The position numbers and the translations under genes are program-made. DNA of 57,926 bases, filler included, from Basidiobolus ranarum (lineage: Eukaryota): assembly GCA_040143965.1 (NCBI GenBank). It is 6 parts of 6 records of this genome, joined end to end, with 100 filler letters (N's around TTAATTAATTAA, not from the genome) between each part and the next. Parts side by side here need not be neighbours in the genome. Positions count along the whole stretch, not along the records: positions 48,363 to 57,926 come from JASJQH010007685.1; 5 more parts are not named here. One strand, written 5' to 3'. The notes under the pieces are model-generated. The model ran no database searches, was not told the origin of the DNA, and was given only the letters and a program-made list of their open reading frames with translations. Position 1 is the stretch's first letter, and each line of letters opens with the position of its first letter. Shown here piece after piece: positions 48,363 to 57,926 of the stretch.

Positions 48363-49788
48363 GGAAAATATATAGCTATTATTATTAATCAATTCGAGAA
48401 TCTCCAGTCATTGTGTAGGCAGTGGAGTTATCATGGTGGCAATTAATCTGGAAACAGCTTTGTCTAACTGACGATCTAGGAAAATGGGGCACATTATAAG
48501 GATCTAGTTATCCCTAGAATGGATAGTAGCACTGTGAAACAATTTCCAAAGAGTTAAATGACTTCATGTCAAGAGATGGAGGCAAACTACTTCCTTACCC
48601 GTTTCGTAGGCGATTTATATCCCCCTCCCCTACCGTCTTGGTCCTTTAACGTGGAGAGAGCATTGTCTCTTTTAGAGTGAAATCTTTCTTTGCTACATGC
48701 AACCAAAGCTGAAGCAGTTACATAATTATACACAAGAATAGCACGACCATGTTACATGGGCTATTAGTGGAAGATGTTACGTAGCTAGTCTATGTAAATT
48801 GATTTTTAGTAAACAGGTAGAACTTCCCAGCATATGACTAAAACTGATCGACTATTAAGGACGGTTCAACAAGAATGGTCACACATACATGAATACCCCT
48901 AGAAAGCCGTAAAGGCCTTGTAAAGTGATGGAAATATGTACAGAGGTATCACAAAATAAGCTTTGTGGGAAATGTAGAACTAACAACAGGCCAGAAACTG
49001 AAAGAACTTGATATACATAAGCGAAGTCTCTTAGGGTCTCCAATTTTCCAATCGTGAAACCAGCAGATATATTCGGTATCATTGTTTTCTCGATGATTTA
49101 GATGAATCACGATTTCCTTTTCCTCATAAATCCATCTATTTCCTAGGAAGTGTATAAATTAAATAGCTCAGACGAAAATCGATCAGAAGCAGACCACTCT
49201 TCATTTGATTATGCTTTGGAAGTGCTAAGAGAGTAAGTACCTTCATTCGTTCATAATATATACCAAAAAAAAAATTACAAATATACAAAGCGGCATATTT
49301 GGACGAATTGCCTTCTAGATGCCAGGAATTCAAATTTCTCAATTTTACTGCAGATGATTTGCATTTTCTAGGCAGTATGCAGACCAATCGACCTGCATCT
49401 TTTCTCTAGAAACATATCTTCTGGTATGGCACTGCCATGGCTCACTATTTCATTTTGTATGGATCCAGTGACTTGTTCACATTACCTAGTGTGAACGTCA
49501 AAGGTTAACTATTTATAGGCTGCTTCTGATCGATGCCATAATCATAATATTTCCAAATATTTCAAGCTATTAACCAGTGGCTGAGAATATTCTATCATAC
49601 CCAAAAATACGCAGAGTGTGATTGGCTTTGGCAACATAGAATGAAACCCCATGACTGTTCTGTTTCACTTCACCTTGCCTAACACTGAGGCCTTTAGTAG
49701 CTCATTTTCAGTCGTTGTTTGTTAATCAATATGTGATGGGCATTATTTCACATAATCGAAATACACACCAAATTCATTTAAACTTAGT

Positions 49789-51240
49789 ATGTTGCCTTTG
49801 GTTTCTTTACCACCTGATGGCTTTTCACAACGTCACAGTCAAGCATTTGCCAGATTGAAGAGTATTATAGAACATGATGCAGAGGAGCAACCAAACGGGT
49901 TATCCAAGTCTCTCACTTTGAACAGATTTCAGAATCTTGTCACAACTCTTGAAGAGAAGCACAAGACCATCGAGTTGGTACACGGTCTAAAAGCTTTCGC
50001 ACAGACTCTTGAGCATGAAATTGTGGATGTAAGAAAAGCCCTTTTATACCTCAAGAGACTACCTTTGACCGAGTTTTCCGAGGAGTTATGCAAATATTCC
50101 GGCCAAGTATATCCGGCCTTTGAAAAGCAGACAGTACCTACATATAGATATGCACCCTTTGATCTTTGCCATCCATCTGGCAAACCAGAAAGTCATGAAT
50201 CTTCTTTAGAAGTTGTTCTTACTGAGATATCTCAGGAGAGAGTATCTTGGCAATATAATCAATGTCTTGACTATATTGCTAGATTAAAGAGTGAAGTCAG
50301 CTTTAAAAAAGGGATTTTGGAGAAATTTATCCATGAGATAGACCGACTTTCTAGTCAAACTTCCTTGAGCAACCAAGACACAGAAGAGATTACGTTACGA
50401 TATGTTGGTCAGAAGGTCATCTATTTATTTAAAAATCATGAAGGGCTACTTCAAGAATTGAGTGCGGCAATTCGTAAAATAGAAGAAACGTATTCGGTTC
50501 ATTTTCATCCGTATGTAATACTACACGTGCTAATTTCAGCCATCCATTATCGTCAACACCAGCTTTCAAGCTTCCTTTTGGATAAGAATTACAATTGGAT
50601 TGAAAAAATGGCCTCCGACATTCAAGAAACAGTGCAGACCACAATGTCATTCGCACATCAAGTAGTCCAACAATATGATAAACTGTTGGAATGGCGAAAA
50701 AAGCTACTAAACCTCTATATTGACAAGAAAAAGCAAATATGCAAAGTGAGATCCAGCAAGTATCTATTCGATAAGAGTCCTCCGCTACAGGAAGAAACTT
50801 CGACTTGTAAGTCATTCTCAGAACTTCAAGAGTCGACATCTGAAACTGCGCAAACTGCTCAACAATTTCTATCACACGTTCGTAAACTAATCCACCAAGT
50901 TGACGAAAGCTTATCTGACAGCAGGAAAATTCATCAACACGAGCGGGGCTTTCTCATTCAGCTTATCACTGATTCGTTTGATGCAGCAAGAACCACCACC
51001 GATACAACCAACTCTTCTACTGATCAAAGTCTCATAACGAATAACAATGCAAATGAACAACTTGAGTTCAATTCGCATGATTATACCTCCGGCATTCATG
51101 CATTTGAACTTGAGCACCAAGATGAGCTTGGGCGTCTGATTCATTTGATTCAAACTCTGGATGTACAAGGAAAGGTGCTGGCTATAATAAATGAAGTGGT
51201 GTCTAGTTGGATACAACCATCCAGTCAGTATTCAGAGTGA
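49789..51240 (+). CDS. Coiled-coil protein, likely the last large exon of a longer gene; weak resemblance to augmin subunit HAUS5
   Basis: 483-codon ORF preceded by a TTAG acceptor; helical, L/E/Q-rich; C-terminal VVSSWIQP recalls HAUS5 xWWEQP. Identity is tentative. Confidence 0.6.
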   Translation: MLPLVSLPPDGFSQRHSQAFARLKSIIEHDAEEQPNGLSKSLTLNRFQNLVTTLEEKHKTIELVHGLKAFAQTLEHEIVDVRKALLYLKRLPLTEFSEELCKYSGQVYPAFEKQTVPTYRYAPFDLCHPSGKPESHESSLEVVLTEISQERVSWQYNQCLDYIARLKSEVSFKKGILEKFIHEIDRLSSQTSLSNQDTEEITLRYVGQKVIYLFKNHEGLLQELSAAIRKIEETYSVHFHPYVILHVLISAIHYRQHQLSSFLLDKNYNWIEKMASDIQETVQTTMSFAHQVVQQYDKLLEWRKKLLNLYIDKKKQICKVRSSKYLFDKSPPLQEETSTCKSFSELQESTSETAQTAQQFLSHVRKLIHQVDESLSDSRKIHQHERGFLIQLITDSFDAARTTTDTTNSSTDQSLITNNNANEQLEFNSHDYTSGIHAFELEHQDELGRLIHLIQTLDVQGKVLAIINEVVSSWIQPSSQYSE

Positions 51241-51607
51241 CTCTAGTCTACATTTTGATCAAACAATTCAAGTTTTCAAACTTGAATACAAGTTACATTT
51301 TGATATCTACCTATAATGTAAATGATGAATACGTTACGTACATAGAAGCCTCTTTTCAAGTATTAAATTCAATTTTCTCACTCATATGGCATTGCAATGG
51401 ATATCCTTTTGAAATCTTAATATGCATGGTAGTCCTCGATGAGACCGTTATCTCCAAGTACAGGCATTAAGAGCGGTATATGTAAAAATTATCTTGACTC
51501 TGGTAAGATTGAAAATGAAAACCATCGAGCTTTCGGGATGGAGAAAGCGAGTGCCTGACTGATGCTATGAAATATACAAAGGACTGACTAATTTCTTTAA
51601 ACAGCAG

Positions 51608-52783
51608 TCATGGTAGTGGTAGAGGGGTAAGCACCATATGAGAGGGTTGCATTATGTGGGAGTCAGGGACTTGGATGGTAACTTGGTTTACTCTTTGTTT
51701 CTGCTGATGGTTCAGTTTATAGCTACACTGTGGAGAGTTATTACTTTGCGAGTCCTTACCGCTCGGCTCAGTTTCTTTTTTACTAATAGCACTATATTTT
51801 CTCATCTTGTGCGTATGCTTTAGCTGTTCCGAAGTAAGTTTGGACGCAGTTACCCCTAAATAAAGAGAATATTTAATCATAAACCAAGAAGATCAGAAAT
51901 GGAGCACATTCTTACAGCTTATATTGAAAAAGATAGAGGATTGTTCTTCTAGTATATTTGACATGGCTAAAAATATCATCACCGTACTTACTAACACAGT
52001 GCCCAAGCAATACGCTGTTCCATCGGTTAGCAACGTGGCATATAGACGAGTACGAGTGAATTTCCACTGGCTATAGATTTTTATCAAGAAGAACAGAGAG
52101 AAGCCGTTGACCAGTAATTCGGTGCTTACTACTGAGATTGCACTGACTTGTGTCTCACAAGTACGCAGTGAAGTGGCTATAGGTTTCATCTGTAACAAAT
52201 TCAGTATCCCGGCCCCCATACGAATTGTCTCGCAGACTACACCAAGTAGTAAGATGGTTTTAGATCTCCCTGATCCATAGAAAGCTTTTAGAAGAAGTAT
52301 AAGCTCAATAGAGAGAGTGGAAATAAGATTAAGAGTGGCTGCGGAATAGATTCGCACTCCACAAAACTGGTCATAGTAGAAGAAAGTGATAATCATTGCC
52401 ACATTGGTGATAGATCCTAATAGTGACTGGATAAGGTTCAGCACGTACATTGGCTTTCGATTCTGTGGAAGTAGACGAATGGCATGAAATGTATTGTTGA
52501 TGAATACCACTGTGACCATGGCTATGATCGCCATACTCGCATTGGAGTCAAATAAGGATTTTAGTTGAGTGGTGATGTGTGTTGGCGGATCCAGTGTCCA
52601 GCAAAGAGTGGCGTATTTGAGAATTTCTAAGCAGCTTGTGTGTGTATATATATTTAACCATTGCGTCGCGAAAAGTGAGGAAGTTTCCGTTACATTACGA
52701 AGTTGCTTGTCTCCATGATTCAGTCCTAAACAGATTACAGCAAACTGAGTCAAGATGGAAGCGCTAAGGAGAGGAAAGCCCAC
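51608..52783 (-). CDS. 7TM GPCR-like membrane protein (intron near 51856-51915; start uncertain)
   Basis: About seven hydrophobic helices, Cys at the top of TM3 and in ECL2, IELILLLKA, LLTDGTAY, ASKL followed by a polar tail. Confidence 0.7.
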
Positions 52784-53998
52784 TCACTCTGGATGAATAT
52801 CGCCAATTCAGGAATGCGTTGCTCTCAGGATTGACAATAATAGCCAGCACTTTGTTGTCATCTAAAATTAGATTATATTAGCCATACAGGTATACTCACA
52901 ATGTTTGACATATTTTGACTCAAGCCTATAACTTTTGTTCTAAAATGTGGCATATGGATCTTAATTTCCGACTTGACAATCGGGAGTCGATTGCTACACG
53001 GCCCCAAGCTTCTGTACTCACAGACCCCGTGTTAGCTATGACAAAGAATTCACGAATCAGATGTAATCCACTCTCAAGGAGATAGGAGTATGGCCAACTA
53101 TATATATATACCACGAAATCCACCTACTCTTACCAACAGATAGCGAGACAAGTTTGCTCTTATAAGTGCTATTACCCCAATACTTGTTCAGCATTTGGTG
53201 AGTATTGAATACGAACGGATATACCTAGATCATGATGTCTAGTTTAATTGACTCTGACCTTGTTGGGTGTCAGTAGCTTGATCATTAGATTCCGTAATGT
53301 TCAGCACTAACTGTTCTATGATGTATTCAACTACATCAGAATTTGGATAATCAAGCTTCGTTTAAAACTGGAGAGGATTTCGGTTATTTTAACACGGGTA
53401 GAAAGTTTTGGTCATTGAGATATATCAATCCATAGGTGCTGTAGATAGAGCATACTGAGTCTAACGACAGATGCTGATACCAGTGAAGTGCAACTCTACT
53501 TGAACCTAGTGTCTTTTTCCAAGAGCCTTGATTCACAAACGCAAATTGAGTGGCTTTGAATTTAGATTGTTATATTACAGTGATTTTCTTGCTGAGAGTT
53601 AAATAAAAGACTCTATATTCAAGAAGTGTATAATCGAATTCAAGCACGATCTATCTGATTATCATCTTCATTATACCATTGAAAGTACTCAAGTACTGAG
53701 GGTTTTCTGGTCTTGTTTTCAGTGGAAACAGTACCCCTTAGACCCGTTAAATTTTAAGTATTCGTATCATATTTGGTGGTGCCGGTTAGAATTCCTAACT
53801 ACTTGTCATATTACAATTACTATTCAAGTACTAAGCTATGGTTAATGCAAAATCATTACTTTACTCATAGATGAAATATTCTTGTGTTATGTTGGCTAGC
53901 ATAGATTTGAACATCATTTGATGATTAAAAGGGTTGTAAATGGAGTAGTATCAAAGGGTAATAAAACAAGGGAAAATCATGCCAAAGAAAATGAAAGA

Positions 53999-54424
53999 TC
54001 AAGAGAGTGGAGCATTACCAACGACATCAAGAACTTTCACGGGTGCCATTCCAAAGACGGTACAATTCGTAGGTTCGTAGAGCACAAAATAGGTGGGATG
54101 TTCGGCATCCTGCGGAGATATGTTGATAATAACACCTACGCGAGTTTGAAGAGATTGATATTTTTGAAACTGAGCTGAATTTAAGGTTTCTAGGTCTTTC
54201 ATGAAACCTAAATCTGGGGAGTACAGTCCTAAGGTTAAGTTGGGTTGGTTCGCCACCTTTTCATCCACTAGTGAAATAGCTAGCCAGTTCGTAATGGAGG
54301 AGTGCACTTGTCCTGGCCCCTGTATGGATGCCGCTGCTAAATGTAGCCGTGGACAACTACACTTGCCGGTAGCAAGACCGATTAGATTCAGTAAGAGTGC
54401 GCATTTAGTAAAGAGAGAAAGCAT
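53999..54424 (-). CDS. Small predicted secreted protein (about 141 aa), unknown function
   Basis: Signal-like MLSLFTKCALLLNLIGLATG; beta-rich mature part with Cys and NxT sequons. Confidence 0.6.
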   Translation of the reverse strand: MLSLFTKCALLLNLIGLATGKCSCPRLHLAAASIQGPGQVHSSITNWLAISLVDEKVANQPNLTLGLYSPDLGFMKDLETLNSAQFQKYQSLQTRVGVIINISPQDAEHPTYFVLYEPTNCTVFGMAPVKVLDVVGNAPLS

Positions 54425-55685
54425 TATGACGATCCTTGGGAAGTGGTTCAATAAAGCATTTCTAGGAATGTTCGTTCTTTTTAAAGGCAATTGTTGTTGG
54501 TCAAGATTACCATACCTCGCTTAATCAGACTCAATCACGTCTGAGTCATACGATTCTCTGTTTTGTTTACTTATTTTACCAGTGGTATCGTGTTGTCCGT
54601 ATGATCTTTCAGCTTGAATGCATGAATATGGAAAGAAAAGTCTTCATTCGTCAGTGCTTCATGTGAATCAAGATTATTTCACCGTCTGGCCGTGAGTGCC
54701 GCTGAAATTCCAACCTTAGCCATTCTCGATTAACTGAAGATGACTCAAATCTATTGCTCTGTCAATCCTCGGCACAGCTGATACTTTATCACCGCAAGAT
54801 CTTTTCTCAATCAAATACCACTGTACTTGACTTTGAAACTAGGCTTGATCGAAGGGGAGCAAATTATATTCAATCATTCATCAGTGTGATCATTAGAAAA
54901 AAGTCACAAATGTGCTGATCCTTGTTTTCTTTGTATTCCGGCGGAAGATCACGTGCACCACCCAAGTATCAATATGTTATCATGGATTGAAGTGGTAAAG
55001 AGTTTGTTTGACTGATGGAGGAAACTAACCAAATCTTCGACAAAGCGATCGAGTTTATTCAACTAGAATCTCGAATACATAGATCTTCTTCTGTTACTCA
55101 AATAGTTCCAAATCTTATACCCACTAATCCGAAAGATTTTCTACGGACAAAACGAACACGAAGTATTTAGAAGGATATTTAGTTTGTATTTCAGAAGAAT
55201 GAAAACTCATCGGTGATTGTACTCCATAATTTTAGCTATTAAAGTAAATACAGGACCAGACCCTGAGCTACATGCATACATATTGAAGCTTCAGAAAGAA
55301 AAGAAACTTTTTGAAAAACAAAAGAAGTTGAAAGTTGATCCGGCTAGTAGTAAGTATTTTATGTTGTTCCTTTAGCAAGTAAAACCTTCTTAATGTATTT
55401 ACTATAGAAAATAGAGTGGTTGAAAAAATAGACTCAAAAAATAATGAGGTATTGAAAGTACTTTTTTTGCTCCTCAAATCTATATCGTTTGTTTAATCTT
55501 GTCCATTTTATATTTGAATTGACGCTATCTCCTGATGAATACAAACTCTCATAATACATACGGCTTCAATGACACCAATATCTTTTTTATTTATACGATT
55601 TTTCTAGAATCAGTGGACAAAACCTCTCTACCACATTGATAGTGACGAAGATATATTGAATACGGAATACCAAAATATATTGCAT

Positions 55686-56427
55686 ATGGGTTCACCTGTC
55701 AGTCGGACTGTGTTTGTAGGAAATTTATCTAACAAAGTGACCAACGAAATATTTCAAGAAATATTTAGGCCGTTCGATGAGCATGTGAAAGTAAATACTA
55801 TACTCGATCTATTATACCAAAACGTTCAATGTAGTAACTCAATATTATTGCCCCACTAATGATATAGGGAGAAATTATTTATGACCCTACGACAAAAGAA
55901 TCTCGTGGCTACGGGTTTCTCTCATTTACCCAAAGAGCTGTTGCCGAGAAGGCCATTATCTAGTAGGTGTATATTCTCTGTTTCGAGTCTGGTGCATTTA
56001 TCTAACCATATTTAGCATGCAGAATTTTCGTCTCATGGACAGCCCTATAAAGCTCAGTTGGAGTAATATCCAAGAAAATACCACCATACCATCATCTCGT
56101 CAAGGGCTAACTAGAAAGTAATAGTAACATTTTACCCATCACTTTGTTGAGCCCCAACTAACTATATGATTAACTAGGCGAACACGATGGCAATCACTAT
56201 GGGACAAGCAGATATGCAATCGAGAATCTCTCCTAAACAATTACATTGACAACTCAGTATCTACGCCGGTCGAAAGTGCAAGCACATCTTTTTCCGCACA
56301 AGAAAAGAGGCTTTATGTAAGTTAAACGATGCAGCTTTAGGCTAAACTATATTTCTAATGGAAAATCGTTAACTAGCTCACCCTTGTGCATCGAACGCTG
56401 GAAACATCAAGAACCCATCATGGTTGA
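55686..56427 (+). CDS. Single-RRM RNA-binding protein (about 5 exons)
   Basis: RNP2 VFVGNLS, RNP1 RGYGFLSF, AEKAI..MQ...PIKLSWS; canonical introns. Confidence 0.75.
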
Positions 56428-57600
56428 AATTGGAGTATTGTGTTATGTCGAGATATTCAATGTTTTGTTGGCATCCAGAACTTCATTTAAATATGTAAAT
56501 TACTTCTAATGGTATAGTTGAAATTATGAGATTTCTGCATACAATCTGTCTTTTATTAGATTATTGCTTTCCATTTGTTTCTAATTAGTTTACACCGAGG
56601 TGCTCATTTCCCGCTTATATCAAGTAACAATCAATAATGATCTAGCAAGAGATCAAAAAGTGACACAGGAGATGATCAAATACATGATTCGAATAGGCAA
56701 TTTACCATGAAATCTGTTACTTGTGATAATAAATGGTTGAATCATTTTGGAAATAACTGATCAATTAGGATCCAATCGTATTGAAGGCGTGTTGCGGCAA
56801 ATCACGGCAAACAGCCCACAGAGAATCGGGTAGAATGGTTAGATGGGATATATTAAGGCTGTCAACGGATGAACAGAGCAAAGTGAGAATGAATGAAAAC
56901 AAACGACTGTCTTGGACATACCCAAGGCACACGTTATTGGTTAGTTGAGAAATCAAGCTGAGACCTTGGTAAGCGATGATGACTAAATGAGGGTAACTGT
57001 ATCAGTTGGTGTAATGGTAAGCCAGTGGAAGTGTGAAGCCCTGGGATTGGATCTTATCTAAGATGAGGCGTCATGGGGACTCATAAATTATATCCGTAAA
57101 CAAACGGCAACTCGGAGCGTTGGATTCGTCCTTCATTGTTGGCTTGAGCAATAGTAAACCAAGAAGTCATGGAACCATAGTGACATTTCTCCCTAGCATA
57201 TATAGTCTCTTGTGCCGCCATAGCCTCTATCCAATAAGTCAATCGGATATGATTCATGAATACAGGAACAACTCAACATGGAGCTTGCTCGTGGCCAATT
57301 TGATCGCATCGAGACACTAATGACTAGCGCAGATGTGCAGACGTATAAAGGTCTAACAGCTAAAGCTGTTGCGTGTACTCAGAAAATACTTTATTCGGAA
57401 TGGAACTTCACAATACCCAAACTGAAGGGAAATATACATTGTATGAAGGAGGAGTAAAGGGGAATCTGTAGCATGAGCTTGTAAAATAAATGGATGGCGA
57501 TTAATGAAAGTGATAATTATAGACCCAGGGAAATATATATGCATAGATCATTCTCGTAAATGCCGCTCACTGAACAGGTATACATGAAGCCAGACGATCT

Positions 57601-57926
57601 CTATTTGTTACTATCGAACAGATACAAGAAGTCTTGCATGGTAAGCTTCCCGATTTTAAGTGATTTGATTTCACCAAGAGCGCCCATCGCCAACTGTCGC
57701 GGTTGTTGTTGAAGCTTGAGGATACGATCTTCGACTGTGTCCTCAATTGTAAGACGAACAACGTGAACAGGTAACTCTTGTCCGATTCTATGGACTCGAT
57801 CAATGGCCTGTTCTTCAAGAGCAGGCTTCCACCAAACATCCAACAAGATACCCCGATTGGCGCAGGTTAAATTAAGGCCAAGAGCACCGCACTTCAAAGA
57901 AATGAGCAACACCGTAGTTTCAGGGT
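57601..57926 (-). CDS. SNF2-family (Rad5/Rad16/Uls1-like) helicase, C-terminal exon, partial
   Basis: VLLISLKCGALGLNLTCANR..LLDVWWKPALEEQAIDRVHRIGQ...TVEDRILKLQ. Confidence 0.9.
   Translation of the reverse strand, partial: PETTVLLISLKCGALGLNLTCANRGILLDVWWKPALEEQAIDRVHRIGQELPVHVVRLTIEDTVEDRILKLQQQPRQLAMGALGEIKSLKIGKLTMQDFLYLFDSNK

Noticed and set aside
56765..57320. Coding-like minus-strand sequence with stops downstream of the SNF2 gene
   Set aside because: No identifiable family or intact exon chain.

Overview
Eukaryotic, AT-rich, intron-rich fungal DNA. An early-diverging fungus, probably Basidiobolus-like (Zoopagomycota), is my inference from gene content and short GT-AG introns with CTAAC branch sites. 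The window is not one locus. It is six unrelated contigs of 9579, 9578, 9572, 9567, 9566 and 9564 bp, sorted by descending length and joined by 100-nt N spacers carrying a TTAATTAATTAA all-frame stop linker, so nothing can be inferred across gaps. Contig 1: TOM5, RPL31, PLP2, a complex I 17.8-kDa subunit, glycogen synthase and LTR remnants. Contig 2: an Smr-domain nuclease with N-myristoylation and CaaX motifs, GRC3/NOL9 and a PaaI thioesterase. Contig 3: a nest of decayed, CpG-depleted Ty1/copia elements with Ty5-type half-tRNA primer sites, two of them fused tail-to-tail at a 12-bp palindrome. Contig 4: a pseudogenised secreted 3D-domain-like (bacterial-type) gene, a PTR2 transporter and an intronless 638-aa membrane protein between two LTR copies. 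Contig 5: a mitochondrial nad4 fragment fused to a RhoGAP gene, PHAF1/UPF0183, SRC1/HEH1 with an in-frame TGA, and TFIIB. Contig 6: a coiled-coil protein, a 7TM GPCR-like protein, a small secreted protein, an RRM protein and a SNF2 helicase 3' end. I cannot establish a wholly new multi-gene system. The best leads are the dual-lipidation Smr nuclease, the 3D-domain-like gene, the LTR-flanked orphan membrane protein, the SRC1 TGA and the nad4/RhoGAP junction.
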